Below are positions 30,085 through 40,701 of a stretch of DNA of 64,000 nt, piece after piece (within the stretch, counting starts at the first letter, position 1; each line of letters begins with the position of its first letter). Position numbers and translations under genes: made by a program. The DNA comes from Candidatus Kaiserbacteria bacterium (GTDB taxonomy: Bacteria; Patescibacteriota; Minisyncoccia; Phycocordibacterales; Phycocordibacteraceae): NCBI GenBank assembly GCA_016182485.1, contig JACPGH010000006.1, positions 26,461 to 90,460 on the forward strand. Direction: 5' to 3'. The notes under the pieces are model-generated. The model saw only the letters and a program-made list of their open reading frames with translations, ran no database searches and had not been told where the DNA came from.

Positions 30085-31158
30085 CTACGCAACCGTATAA
30101 CGGCCGTCCTTAAGCCGCTTGAAATACCGCGAGTCGTTGATGTTCACGAGGATCGTGTTGTCTTTTACGAAACGCGCGCTCTTGACCTGCTGGATTATCT
30201 CGTCTTTTTTCAAGGGTCCTTTCTCCGTCAGGATCTCTCGAATGACGTCGTGCACTACGCCCGGCCTATATCCCCATTCGGTAAGCGCATAGAGCCCGCG
30301 GCCGACGAGCACGAAGCGAGGGTCCTTGATCAGCTCGTTGTGAGTAGTCGCAAGGTGCGCCTTCTTGGAAAACAGCGTGTTGATCGCCTTCGCGACTTCG
30401 GAAAAATGCATCGGCTTGCCGTGCCTCTTGATCGCGAGATAGGCATAATCGCGCACCCCTTTGATGCGGATGGCCGAGGCCGAGGCGCGCCCCCATTGCG
30501 TGAGCGGGTTTTTGCCGATGTTTTTGGAGAGAGACAGCCAGCGCTTCATTATCTCCTCGTTCTTGTAGGCCTCGTTCACTTCCTTCAATTCCTCGAGAAA
30601 ACGGTCGAGCAACGCGCCTTCGGAAAGGACGTCCTCATCGGAGAGCGACCCGTAGAGGCGAGAGAGCGCCCCATGCACATGCTTGGCGGTCGCCGCATCC
30701 ACATGCCAACGCGCGAGAAATTCATCTGTCTCGCGCTCGCGCATGAATGCCGAATCGAGCATAAGCAGGAAGCGCATGCGGTTTCTCGTTTTTTCATCTT
30801 TGCCGAGAAGGGAGAAAAGGGTTTCTTCCGGAACGAGCACGCCGATGGATCGGATATATTGCGCAAGCTCCTCGAAAGCGGCGCCCGACTCCTTGAAAAT
30901 TTTGCTCGCGCGGATGGCGTCGAGACCGGCCGCTTCGATCTGGCGGACGCGCTCGCGAGTAATCCCCGAGCGATCGCCGATGGCTTCCAAAGTCTCTCTC
31001 TCCGGGTCGGTTCCGAGCCCGAAGCGGCGGATCAAGACTTCCCGAGCGCGCTCGGGCGCTGCAGCCAAGAATTGCTTCGCGAGCTTCGTGCTATCGAAAG
31101 TGAATTGCGCAGGAGCGAGCGAAAGGGACGGCCGCTTAGTCACAGTTTTGGTTGCCAT
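30085..31158 (-). CDS. Sigma-70 region-4 HTH protein with C-terminal winged-HTH domains
   Basis: RRFGL...TLEAIG...ITRERVRQIE and HNELIKDPRFVLVGRGLYAL.EWG. Confidence 0.8.
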   Translation of the reverse strand: MATKTVTKRPSLSLAPAQFTFDSTKLAKQFLAAAPERAREVLIRRFGLGTDPERETLEAIGDRSGITRERVRQIEAAGLDAIRASKIFKESGAAFEELAQYIRSIGVLVPEETLFSLLGKDEKTRNRMRFLLMLDSAFMRERETDEFLARWHVDAATAKHVHGALSRLYGSLSDEDVLSEGALLDRFLEELKEVNEAYKNEEIMKRWLSLSKNIGKNPLTQWGRASASAIRIKGVRDYAYLAIKRHGKPMHFSEVAKAINTLFSKKAHLATTHNELIKDPRFVLVGRGLYALTEWGYRPGVVHDVIREILTEKGPLKKDEIIQQVKSARFVKDNTILVNINDSRYFKRLKDGRYTVA

Positions 31159-31200
31159 ATGTGGTCTAATATATACCAAATCAGCCAAAAAGAGTCAAAT

Positions 31201-33684
31201 TTACCGGACTATGTTCAAAATCTTGCCGGGGACATACACGACTCGCGAAGGTTCCTTACCGCCCAAAGCGGCAGTAACTGTAGGCAGCTTCATAGCTTCG
31301 TTTAGCGCCTCGGCTTCGCTCGCTTCGGCTGAAAGGCGCACGCTGCCGCGCTTACGGCCGCTGACTTGCACGACTATCTCCCGTTCATTAGACAGCAACA
31401 GCGCCTCGTCATAAGTCGGCCATGCGGCGGCGTGGATGGAACCCTCTTTCCCGGCCTCTTCCCAGAGCGCCTCGGCGATATGCGGAGCGAACGGCGCCAG
31501 AATACGAATATAGGCGAGCCATTGCTCCTTCCCTATCGACCCTTCTTTTTCAGCCGCGTTCAGGAAAATCATCATTTGGCTCACGGCGGTGTTGAATTTA
31601 AAAACTTCTATATCCTTCTCCACCTTGCGAATGGTCTCATTGAGGAGCGGCCCGAGTGCCACATTCGGCTTATCACTCACCCGCTCTTGAAAGTTCCAAA
31701 CGCGCTGGATGAATCGCGCAGTGCCAGAGATAGATGCCGTACTCCATGCGGTCGTATTTTCGAACGGCCCCATGAACATTTCGTAAACGCGAAATGCGTC
31801 CGCGCCATACTCGGCGATCACATCGTCCGGATTGATGATGTTTCCGAGTCGTTTGCTCATCTTCCGCCCGTCTTCTGCCAGAATGAATCCGAGAAATTCG
31901 AGTCGCTTGAAGGGCTCGGGAGTACTCACAATACTTATGTCGTACAAGAATTTATGCCAAAATCGCGCATAAATAAGGTGCCGCACCGCATGGTCGCCGC
32001 CGACATACACGTCCACCGGGGCCCAATATTTTTCTTTCTTTCCGGATACTAATTCTTCGCCGTTATGCGGATCCATAAAGCGCAGGTAATACCATGACGA
32101 ACCGGCCCACTGCGGCATCGTGTTCGTCTCGCGCTTGCCCGGGCCGCCGCACTTCGGGCAGGTTGTGTTGACCCAGGATTCGATAGCGGCCAGAGGCGAT
32201 TCTCCGGTGCCCGTCGGCTCATAGTGATCTACTTCGGGTAGCGTTACGGGCAGATCTTCGTATGGCACGGCCACGGCGCCGCACTTCTCGCAATGGATTA
32301 TTGGTATCGGCTCGCCCCAGTACCGTTGCCGCGAGAACACCCAATCTCTCAGCTTGTATCGCGTAACTCTCTTGCCGCCAACTGCGGCGACGATATCCCA
32401 TTTCGACTCCTCGCTGTGCTTGCCGCTAAATTCCCCCGAATTGATTAGTATGCCTGGATGCGTGTACCAATCATTCCACTCCTCAGCCCACCTTTCCGGA
32501 CCCCATATTTCTTGGAGTTCGCCGTTTGCTATTTCTCCAGCGGATACGCTGCCTGCGGAAAAAACAACTGGGCTAATTTTTATATTAAACTGATTTGCGA
32601 ATTCGAAATCGCGCTCGTCGTGCGCCGGCACGCCCATAATTGCGCCAGTGCCGTAGTTGCCGAGCACATAGTCAGCGACATAGACAGGGATTTCCTCTTT
32701 CGTTGCAGGATTTATCGCCGCGATGCCTTCGAGCTTTATGCCTGTCTTCTGCTTTCCTTCTGCCGCGCGCTCTATCTCAGTTTTGGAAACCGCCGTTTGA
32801 ATATATTTATATACCTTCTTCACATTCCTGAGGGACTTACGAAGTCCCTCATTTTGGAATAGGGGATGTTCCGGGGCGAGCACCAGGTACGTCGCGCCAA
32901 AGAGAGTATCCGGGCGCGTTGTGAAGACCTCAATGTTTAGGACATCCGATGTCCTTTCAGAAGTTAGGACATCGGATGTCCTAACTTCGAATCGGATCTC
33001 GGCTCCTTCTGAGCGCCCGATCCAATTACGCTGAGCTTCTTTAATATGCTCCGGCCAATCAAGCGTATCGAGATCCGCAAGCATGCGGTCGGCGTATTCC
33101 GTGATTTTAAGTACCCACTGCGGCAGGCGCTTTTTTTCCACCACCGTACCGCAGCGTTCGCAAACATTCCCTTCGAGATCTTCGTTCGCGAGGCCGGTCA
33201 TGCAGGACGGGCACCAGTTTATAGGCTCGTCCGACTGAAAGGCGAGGCCGTGTTCGAACATCTTTAGAAATATCCACTGCGTCCAGTGGAAATACTCGGG
33301 GTCCGTCGTATTTATCTCGCGAGTCCAGTCATAATCGAGGCCGATGTGCGCCAATTGCTGCTTAAAGTGCGCGATATTTTTCTCGACAGCCGCGCGGGGG
33401 TGCACCTTGTTTTTGAGCGCGAAATTTTCCGCGGGCAACCCGAATGCGTCCCATCCCATCGGATGCAGGACCGAGAACCCTTTCATCCGCGAGAAGCGGG
33501 AATAGATATCCGTTGCAATATAGCCCTTAGGGTGCCCGACATGCAGGCCCTCGCCGGAGGGATACGGGAACATATCCAGAATGTATTTCTTTTCTCTTCC
33601 CGTATCGTCTTCAGTTCGGTACAGATCGAGTGCCGCCCATATCTCTTGCGCCTTTTTTTCTATTTTTTTATGGTCGTACGCCAT
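31201..33684 (-). CDS. leuS: Leucine--tRNA ligase
   Basis: MFPYPSG.GLHVGH, FTTRPDT editing domain, SRQRYWG and KMSK. Confidence 0.98.
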   Translation of the reverse strand: MAYDHKKIEKKAQEIWAALDLYRTEDDTGREKKYILDMFPYPSGEGLHVGHPKGYIATDIYSRFSRMKGFSVLHPMGWDAFGLPAENFALKNKVHPRAAVEKNIAHFKQQLAHIGLDYDWTREINTTDPEYFHWTQWIFLKMFEHGLAFQSDEPINWCPSCMTGLANEDLEGNVCERCGTVVEKKRLPQWVLKITEYADRMLADLDTLDWPEHIKEAQRNWIGRSEGAEIRFEVRTSDVLTSERTSDVLNIEVFTTRPDTLFGATYLVLAPEHPLFQNEGLRKSLRNVKKVYKYIQTAVSKTEIERAAEGKQKTGIKLEGIAAINPATKEEIPVYVADYVLGNYGTGAIMGVPAHDERDFEFANQFNIKISPVVFSAGSVSAGEIANGELQEIWGPERWAEEWNDWYTHPGILINSGEFSGKHSEESKWDIVAAVGGKRVTRYKLRDWVFSRQRYWGEPIPIIHCEKCGAVAVPYEDLPVTLPEVDHYEPTGTGESPLAAIESWVNTTCPKCGGPGKRETNTMPQWAGSSWYYLRFMDPHNGEELVSGKKEKYWAPVDVYVGGDHAVRHLIYARFWHKFLYDISIVSTPEPFKRLEFLGFILAEDGRKMSKRLGNIINPDDVIAEYGADAFRVYEMFMGPFENTTAWSTASISGTARFIQRVWNFQERVSDKPNVALGPLLNETIRKVEKDIEVFKFNTAVSQMMIFLNAAEKEGSIGKEQWLAYIRILAPFAPHIAEALWEEAGKEGSIHAAAWPTYDEALLLSNEREIVVQVSGRKRGSVRLSAEASEAEALNEAMKLPTVTAALGGKEPSRVVYVPGKILNIVR

Positions 33685-33686
33685 CT

Positions 33687-34640
33687 TTATAGTCCATTTT
33701 TGCTTAGCGGCGGGTAAAAGCTTGGATCGATAATGCGATCGAAGCATATGTTCCCCTCTCCGTGCTGCCAATTGTCCGAGGGCCCTTTAGGCCCTTCGGG
33801 GAACGCCGGCCGCGCGGTGGCATTCGGGCTTACACGGCTCGGCGCGTTGAAGTCGGCGCAAAGCCTGAATGAGCGAGTTCCGGTGACTTGATATCCATAC
33901 GGCTGGCCTGACTGCGCGTCTGTCGGAAGCGGCACTCCGCCAAGCGATACAGAGTCGCTCAGCTCGTCGAGCGAGGAAGGAAGAGCCTGCTTCGCCTGCC
34001 AGAAATAAATAATCTGGGATTGTATATTCTGCAGGTCATTCACCTTCTGCGCGTCGAAGCGCGCTAGGCGCGCCTGTTGCGGCGTACCGACAATAAAGAA
34101 CCCAGCAATGACTACAATAAATGCGAGAACTCCCACTCCGGAATTGACCATGCGCCTATATCGCGGGAATCGGCTCCAATACCCGCGCAATTCAGAGATG
34201 AAATGCATAAACACGCCGGCCGCGATGAGAAGAACCGCCAGGACCTTTAGCAGGAAGGCGAGCGTCAGCTCTTCCCCGTTCAGGAACGTTGTCAAAAGCG
34301 TGATAAGATCGGCAGCTATCGCGGCGCCCGCCACGAAAAGAGTGAGTATGAGTCCCCAGCGGCGCACCCAGATGTCCTCGCGGGTCGGATCGCGACGTTC
34401 CTCGCGATGAATGAGCCGGAACAAGACGAGCGAGAGCGGCAGAAGCACTATGAGGGAGGCCATCCTGAAGCTGATGCCGCTCTGATACGGGTCGGCCGGG
34501 AAAAAGGCGAGAGGGTTCGGGAAAGCGTAATTGATATAATCGAAAATGAGCAATATGCCCGCGACTACGCTCCAATAGAACGTGACAATGGCGCCCAGCC
34601 AGAAAAAGAAATCTTTTGGGGTCGTTTTGGGTTTTTCCAT
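33687..34640 (-). CDS. Membrane protein (DUF5671-like)
   Basis: Five TMs followed by GTP..AR..RFD..KV.DL. Confidence 0.7.
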   Translation of the reverse strand: MEKPKTTPKDFFFWLGAIVTFYWSVVAGILLIFDYINYAFPNPLAFFPADPYQSGISFRMASLIVLLPLSLVLFRLIHREERRDPTREDIWVRRWGLILTLFVAGAAIAADLITLLTTFLNGEELTLAFLLKVLAVLLIAAGVFMHFISELRGYWSRFPRYRRMVNSGVGVLAFIVVIAGFFIVGTPQQARLARFDAQKVNDLQNIQSQIIYFWQAKQALPSSLDELSDSVSLGGVPLPTDAQSGQPYGYQVTGTRSFRLCADFNAPSRVSPNATARPAFPEGPKGPSDNWQHGEGNICFDRIIDPSFYPPLSKNGL

Positions 34641-34705
34641 AGGACTAGAATTATACCACATAAAGAGTGGACCCCGGCATCCGAAGATGCCGGGGTCCTG
34701 GCGAA

Positions 34706-35749
34706 CTACTGCGATTCGCTCGTAGGCGTGGAGACCTTCACCATCGGCGAGCGGGAAATGAGACGCTTGGTCCGCTTGCCCGCGTTGATGTGGTCGACGA
34801 GCATGGCGCGGAGCATATCGCGCGCCTTACCGCCCGACGAAGACAGCTGGGCGACTGTCGGGTCGGTGACCGGGAACAGCCTGATCTTCGCGGTAAGGTC
34901 GGCGTCCACGAAGAGCCGGTCGCCTCGCCAGAAGTTCTCGTGCAGGGCGAGAATATCGGCCAACGCCCAGAGAAACGTCCCGCGCAACCAGACGGCACCC
35001 TCGCGGAAGACCACCTTCTTGATCCCCCAACACTCGTCAACGAGATCGAAGAAGATGACGACGTTGGCGCGGAGGGTATTGCGCCCCACCTTCTCCATCG
35101 TGGTCTGCATGCTGCGAGCCAGCTCGTGCAGCTTGTGCGACCTGCCGGGCCCGAAATACGAATGCAGAACGCCCACCGTCTTGATGAACATGAGCGCGGA
35201 GATTAGGTGGTTGCGGTTCTGCCGCTGGTCCCAGCAGATGCGCCGCCCCATCGTGAACGTCGGCTCCATCGAGAGGTTGTACAGAGTCTCAATGACGGAA
35301 ATCTTCTCGCGAAGATTCCGCAGGAGCACGTTCGGCGAGAGAGGAATGCGATCCACGTTCAGGATCTTGAACCGCTCGCGCTCCCACTCCTCAGTCGTAC
35401 CAAAGTGCACCGTCGCACCCAGACGCGGAACCCCGCCTGCCTGTATGAACTGCAGCCCCGCGGTGACACGCTGGAGCCCGTCGACGATGTACACATCGTC
35501 CTTGAGGATGAACGTGCCCTCGCGTTCAGCTACGGTATGGCCCCGCATGCCGAGGTCGATGTCCGGCACTGAGCCGGACTTGAAGGCCTCGATCAGCTTT
35601 GAGATTTGCACCAACGGGAGGACTTCCCGCTGATACGGTGCAGACTTCAAGTTCTTCAGGGTTTCGGGGTCAAGAGACCCCCGGAGGATGATGTTTCCCT
35701 CCTCTACCTCGTCCAACGCGCCGTACAGCACCCTTACGTGCTCGTTCAT
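34706..35749 (-). CDS. Hypothetical protein with ParB/DUF262-like DGxQR motif
   Basis: PYQRE, IVDGLQR and F.ILN motifs; AGGAG SD; own hairpin at 34668-34698. Confidence 0.6.
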   Translation of the reverse strand: MNEHVRVLYGALDEVEEGNIILRGSLDPETLKNLKSAPYQREVLPLVQISKLIEAFKSGSVPDIDLGMRGHTVAEREGTFILKDDVYIVDGLQRVTAGLQFIQAGGVPRLGATVHFGTTEEWERERFKILNVDRIPLSPNVLLRNLREKISVIETLYNLSMEPTFTMGRRICWDQRQNRNHLISALMFIKTVGVLHSYFGPGRSHKLHELARSMQTTMEKVGRNTLRANVVIFFDLVDECWGIKKVVFREGAVWLRGTFLWALADILALHENFWRGDRLFVDADLTAKIRLFPVTDPTVAQLSSSGGKARDMLRAMLVDHINAGKRTKRLISRSPMVKVSTPTSESQ

Positions 35750-35915
35750 GCCGTTTCTCCTCGGGTTCTCCCCCGCTATTGCGCATCGCGCCACGGGATA
35801 GTGAACCTTGGTTAACAACGTACTTCTATATGTACGATACAGGTTTATTTTAAATAGTCAAATTCTGATAGGCGCTCAATTTTGCTTCCTAATAAGAACG
35901 CTGTCTCTGGCTTCT

Positions 35916-37001
35916 TCAGCCGTGGAGGAAGACAATGACGTCGCCGTCTTTGACGATGTAGTCCTTCCCTTCCGTGCGAAGTTTCGCCGATTCGCGGGCG
36001 ACGCTCCAGCTGCCGGTCGAAAGTAAATCTTCAGTCGAAACTACCTCCGCGCGGATGAACTTGTCCAAGAAGTCCGTATGGATCGCGGCGCCCGCAACGG
36101 GCGCCGCGGAACCGGCCGGAATAGTCCAAGCCCGTGTTTCATCCGGCCCCGTAGTGAAAAAGGAGATAAGCCCGAGCGTCTCGTATGCGCCGCGAATAAG
36201 GGCCGCCAGGCCGTCCTCGGAGACGCCTAATTCTTCGCGAAAATGAGTTCGCTCCTCGTCAGCGACATCGTTCAGTTCCCGCTCGGTGGCCGCGTCGACA
36301 AAGACGTAGCGCGAGCCAAGCTTCGTGATCAGGCCGTAGGCGCGTTCCGCCCGTTCGTCAGAAAGAGGCGCGCCGCCCTTCGTGTTCAGGGCATAGAGGA
36401 TCGGCTTCATCGTAAGCAGGTTCAGATGCGCGACCCGCTTCTTTTCCTCGCCATCGAGCCCCGCATGAAGCGCAAGCTTCCCTTCCGCAAATCCGTGTTC
36501 CAGTTTCTCCAAGACGGCGTCCTCAAGTACCGCGCCTTTATCCTGCGCTTTGATATCCCGCACGAGCTTGTCTCGGCGCTTGCGCACCTGCTCGGCATCC
36601 GCGAGCGCAAGCTCCAGGTTTATTATTTCGATATCCTTGTATGGCTCGATGGTTTTTTCGACATGCAGTACGTTCGAGTCGTCGAAAAAGCGGACGACCT
36701 GCAAAATGGCATCCGTCTCGCGAATATTCGCCAAAAACTGGTTGCCGAGCCCTTCGCCGGTCGAAGCGCCTTTCACGAGGCCTGCGATGTCCACGAACTC
36801 TACCGCCGCCGGAATAACTTTTTCGCTTTTCGAAAGAGCGGCGAGCGCTGAAAGCCGCGTATCTGGAACACCCACCACGCCAACCGACGGATCTATCGTG
36901 CAAAACGGATAATTCTCCGCTGGCACGCTTGCTTTCGTGAGCGCATTAAAAAGCGTGGACTTCCCCACATTCGGCAATCCTACGATTCCTATCTTTAGCA
37001 T
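35916..37001 (-). CDS. ychF: Ribosome-binding ATPase YchF
   Basis: GIVGLPNVGKST, NYPFCTIDP, DIAGLV and EGKDYIVKDGD. Confidence 0.97.
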   Translation of the reverse strand: MLKIGIVGLPNVGKSTLFNALTKASVPAENYPFCTIDPSVGVVGVPDTRLSALAALSKSEKVIPAAVEFVDIAGLVKGASTGEGLGNQFLANIRETDAILQVVRFFDDSNVLHVEKTIEPYKDIEIINLELALADAEQVRKRRDKLVRDIKAQDKGAVLEDAVLEKLEHGFAEGKLALHAGLDGEEKKRVAHLNLLTMKPILYALNTKGGAPLSDERAERAYGLITKLGSRYVFVDAATERELNDVADEERTHFREELGVSEDGLAALIRGAYETLGLISFFTTGPDETRAWTIPAGSAAPVAGAAIHTDFLDKFIRAEVVSTEDLLSTGSWSVARESAKLRTEGKDYIVKDGDVIVFLHG

Positions 37002-38226
37002 GAGGGTACCTTACACCATCACGCTTCACTTGCGAATGTGTCGCGCTCTTCCAGGATTGCCATACGTCGAGGAGAACAAACCCGATTGGAATGAGGAGTA
37101 TGGCGGCCGGGATGCGGAGGTCTACCTGCGCCCACGAGAGGAAGTCTACTTGTTGGGAGAGGAATGGCATGTATGACGCTAGAGATGTGCCCACAACGAG
37201 CACAGGAATGAACCACCGGTTAGGGCGAAAAAACGCATAGAGAACCGATAGGATGTCGGCGAGATAAAAGTACCGTTCATGCATTCGCGGTAAGAGATAT
37301 GGGATTAGGAGCGTGGAGGCAAGGCTTATGAGCACGACAAATTGCGCGGAAAGCTTGCCCTGCCATTTCATTATATAAATGATTGCCGCCGCCGCTCCCG
37401 CGGCGGCGAGAAGGCCGAGCCAGAAAAAAATATTCGTTGCCGTTTCCGAGAGCGCAAGCGGCTGGAGAAACGCGAAAAGACTCTGCGCAGATACGGAGAG
37501 ATACGGGTACTTCTCGGCCTGCACCAGATAAATGAAGAGCCAGTACCCGAGAGAGCCCCCAGCTATCCAGGCCGGTATGACGGAAAGGACGAATAGAAGC
37601 GGCGGAATCAGCAGAAATTTCCAATTCGCCCGTTCGCGCAAGAAATAGCCGATGAATACGGGAGCGAAGAACAGCGCCTGTGCCTTGAAACTTATTGCAG
37701 CGCCATACGCAATGGCGGCGGCAAGCGGAGACGCTGCGAGCATGAAATAAAGCGTCGCCATGACCCCGGCGCTGTACAAAGAGTCTGACTGTCCCCAAAG
37801 AGAACTGTTCATCATGACCGTGGGGAGAGAGAGCAGGACCAGTGCCGCCAGCACGAGGATATCCTTGCGCGCCGCCCGCCGCGAGGTCCGCGCCAGAATG
37901 AGATATCCAAAATACGCGATCAGGAGATCGAATGCGAACGAGAGCGTCTTCGCGCTTATAAGGCTCGATACCGGAATAACCGTCAAGAATTTGAGGAGAT
38001 ACAAGTATCCCGGCGCGTAATCCGCGAACGGAGACCCGAAAGCGGTCAAGCCAGGGTGCGTTCGTAATTCTTCGAACCATGGTTTGACGAAATATATGTA
38101 ATCGGACACCACGACCGGGTACCAAGAGATACGCGCAATAATATTCAGCGCCGCAAGTCCGAGCGCTACCAGCGACCATCCTCCCAACCGCGGCCACGTC
38201 CACCGATTCTCTACCTCCGCCGCCAT
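36946..38226 (-). CDS. GT-C family membrane glycosyltransferase (mannosyltransferase-like)
   Basis: DYAPGY, NSSLWGQSDS and PRMHERYFY motifs; many TMs. Confidence 0.8.
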   Translation of the reverse strand: MAAEVENRWTWPRLGGWSLVALGLAALNIIARISWYPVVVSDYIYFVKPWFEELRTHPGLTAFGSPFADYAPGYLYLLKFLTVIPVSSLISAKTLSFAFDLLIAYFGYLILARTSRRAARKDILVLAALVLLSLPTVMMNSSLWGQSDSLYSAGVMATLYFMLAASPLAAAIAYGAAISFKAQALFFAPVFIGYFLRERANWKFLLIPPLLFVLSVIPAWIAGGSLGYWLFIYLVQAEKYPYLSVSAQSLFAFLQPLALSETATNIFFWLGLLAAAGAAAAIIYIMKWQGKLSAQFVVLISLASTLLIPYLLPRMHERYFYLADILSVLYAFFRPNRWFIPVLVVGTSLASYMPFLSQQVDFLSWAQVDLRIPAAILLIPIGFVLLDVWQSWKSATHSQVKRDGVRYPHAKDRNRRIAECGEVHAF

Positions 38227-38319
38227 ACAAATTTCTCAGTATGGTATTCGCCTCATGAAAGAGGCGTGAACGACCGCGCTTCACGCATATTTAAGCGCTC
38301 CGCGGGTAGCTTGAGGATT

Positions 38320-39456
38320 ATGGCGACGAAGTCCATTTCCATCTCGGTCTTTTTTCCGATTTACAACGAGAAAGAGAACCTGCCTAGCACCGTTGCCATT
38401 GCCTCGAATATCCTCTCGGAATCGCCATTCGTCAGGGATTTTGAGATCATTTTGATCGATGACGGCAGCTCCGACGGGTCCGCAGAACTGGCTGATATCC
38501 TTTCTAAGGCATACAAGGGCGTCCGCGTGGTGCGGCACCGGCAGAATCTCGGATATGGGGCCGCGCTCAAGACGGGCATTTCCGCGGCGCGAATGGAATA
38601 CGTATTTTTTACTGACGCGGACTTGCAGTTCGATATCGTCGAGCTCAACGGGCTTTTGGCACATGCAAGCCAGTATCCCGTAGTTATCGGGTATCGCGCT
38701 CCGAGGCGCGACCCATTCATACGGCTCGTCAATGCTTGGGGTTGGAAGACGCTCAATCGACTGCTCTTCGGCCTCGGAGTTCGCGACATAGACTGCGCCT
38801 TCAAGCTGTTCGAACGGCCGCTCATACAGAACCTGCAGTTGCATTCGAAAGGAGCGATGATAAGCGCCGAAGCGCTTATCCGCCTGGAGCGCCTCCACGT
38901 CCCGATAAAAGAGGTGCCCGTTTCGCATCTGCCGCGCCGCCTCGGCTCTCCCACGGGAGCGAAGCCAAAGGTGATCCTGCGCGCGTTCAAAGAGATGATC
39001 GAACTGTATCGCGGCGAACTGGGACTAAAGACGCATAAGGAAGCTCTCCGGTTTATGGCGGTGGGCGTGATCAATACTATTCTCGACCTGGCAGTATATG
39101 TCGTATTGACGCGCTTCACCCCATTCTTTGCCACCCGTCTCGTATCCGCTAAATTTTTCTCGTTCCTCGCCGGCACCATATCGAGCCTGCTCCTGAACCG
39201 TTCTTGGACTTTCGGAGTTTCCGGCAGACTTTCAGTTTGGGAAGTCCTGCGATTCTATTCGACCGTATCTCTGTCTATCGCCGTAAACGTGCTTCTCATG
39301 AACGTTCTCGTCGGCGCGGGTCTCTACGACCTAGCGGCGCTCGTCATCACGACCGTTGTCACGTTCATTGCGAACTTCACGCTTTCCAAATTTTGGGTAT
39401 TCAAAAACCGGCCCCCCGCGCCAAGTTATCCTCGCTCGTATGCCGCCCTTGACTGA
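38320..39456 (+). CDS. GT2 (DPM1-like) glycosyltransferase fused to a GtrA-like flippase domain
   Basis: PIYNE, DDGSSD, DADLQ and DIDCAFK; C-terminal RF.AVG..NT and LNRSWTF. Confidence 0.88.
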   Translation: MATKSISISVFFPIYNEKENLPSTVAIASNILSESPFVRDFEIILIDDGSSDGSAELADILSKAYKGVRVVRHRQNLGYGAALKTGISAARMEYVFFTDADLQFDIVELNGLLAHASQYPVVIGYRAPRRDPFIRLVNAWGWKTLNRLLFGLGVRDIDCAFKLFERPLIQNLQLHSKGAMISAEALIRLERLHVPIKEVPVSHLPRRLGSPTGAKPKVILRAFKEMIELYRGELGLKTHKEALRFMAVGVINTILDLAVYVVLTRFTPFFATRLVSAKFFSFLAGTISSLLLNRSWTFGVSGRLSVWEVLRFYSTVSLSIAVNVLLMNVLVGAGLYDLAALVITTVVTFIANFTLSKFWVFKNRPPAPSYPRSYAALD

Positions 39457-40660
39457 TCGCGCCAAGTTCGAGCGCCGCTTAGCTGCAATACTGCTCGGCA
39501 TACTGGCGGTACTCGCCGGAATCGGCTTTTTGCTCTATTCGGATCCGTCCCCGCAATCGAATCCGCTCGTGTTTTCCCCAGTTCAGGTGCTCGCCTCCTC
39601 CTGGTATAGATACAAGGACGCATATATAGACTCCACATATCGGACGATAGACTGGCAGCGAGATGGAGTGACAACCTCCGAGGGACAAAGCTACACAATG
39701 CTGCGCTCCGTGTGGCAGGCAGACAGAGAGACGTTCGACGGTACCTGGCAGTGGACGCAAACGAATCTCCAGCACTCCTCGGACCATCTGTTTTCCTGGA
39801 TATGGGGAGAACGCCCTGACGGCACGTTCGGCGTGCTTGCCGAACAAAGCGGGGAGAATTCCGCGAGCGACGCGGATACTGACATCGCGCTGGCTCTCAT
39901 TCTCGCGTACGCCCGCTGGCAGGACCCCGCCTACCTCACGGAGGCCCGCTTGGTCATAAATGATATCTGGGAGCGCGAGGTGGTACTCGTGAATGGTAAG
40001 CCTTATCTGGCTGCCAACGATGTCGAGAAAGATTCCGGCAGCCAGCAAATAGTGATCAATCCATCGTATTTCAATCCCGCGGCGTACCATCTTTTCGCGA
40101 TCGTCGATACGAGTCATCCCTGGGAAATGCTGCGCAAGCAGTCGTATGCCGTACTTTCGGAAAGTTTCGCCGGGTCTGCGCTGCCTCCGAACTGGATCTC
40201 CGTAGATCGAACGACGGGAGCCACTTCCGCCGCAGCCAGCCATGACTCGAATTTTGGTTTCGACGCGCTACGCATTCCATTCCGCATCGCGCTCGACGCG
40301 CAATGGTTCAACAATCCGGATGCCATCCGCGCCGTTCGCCACCTGTCCTTCCTCTCGAACGCCTGGCGCGAGCGCGGCGCGATCGCCTCGACATACGCCC
40401 AGGACGGCGCGGTCCTCGCCTCGGAAGAATCTCCCGCGATGTACGGCGGAGTAATGGGCTATTTTCTCTTAGCGGATCCCGAGGCCGCCGTAGCGCTCTA
40501 TCGGGAAAAATTGCTCTCTCTCTATAACTCGAACACCGGCACCTGGTACACGCCGCTACCGTATTACGCGGACAACTGGGCTTGGTTCGGCATCGCTCTC
40601 TACAACCGATTATTGCCGAATCTGGCCGCTAACCTTCCGGCGACCGCCTTCAGCGAATAA
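39440..40660 (+). CDS. Glycoside hydrolase family 8 (BcsZ-like endoglucanase)
   Basis: TTSEGQSY, SASDAD, NPSY and FDALR. Confidence 0.9.
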   Translation: MPPLTDRAKFERRLAAILLGILAVLAGIGFLLYSDPSPQSNPLVFSPVQVLASSWYRYKDAYIDSTYRTIDWQRDGVTTSEGQSYTMLRSVWQADRETFDGTWQWTQTNLQHSSDHLFSWIWGERPDGTFGVLAEQSGENSASDADTDIALALILAYARWQDPAYLTEARLVINDIWEREVVLVNGKPYLAANDVEKDSGSQQIVINPSYFNPAAYHLFAIVDTSHPWEMLRKQSYAVLSESFAGSALPPNWISVDRTTGATSAAASHDSNFGFDALRIPFRIALDAQWFNNPDAIRAVRHLSFLSNAWRERGAIASTYAQDGAVLASEESPAMYGGVMGYFLLADPEAAVALYREKLLSLYNSNTGTWYTPLPYYADNWAWFGIALYNRLLPNLAANLPATAFSE

Positions 40661-40701
40661 TCATGCTCGTGATGATTTACTGAAACGTACGGAACATAGC
40701 C

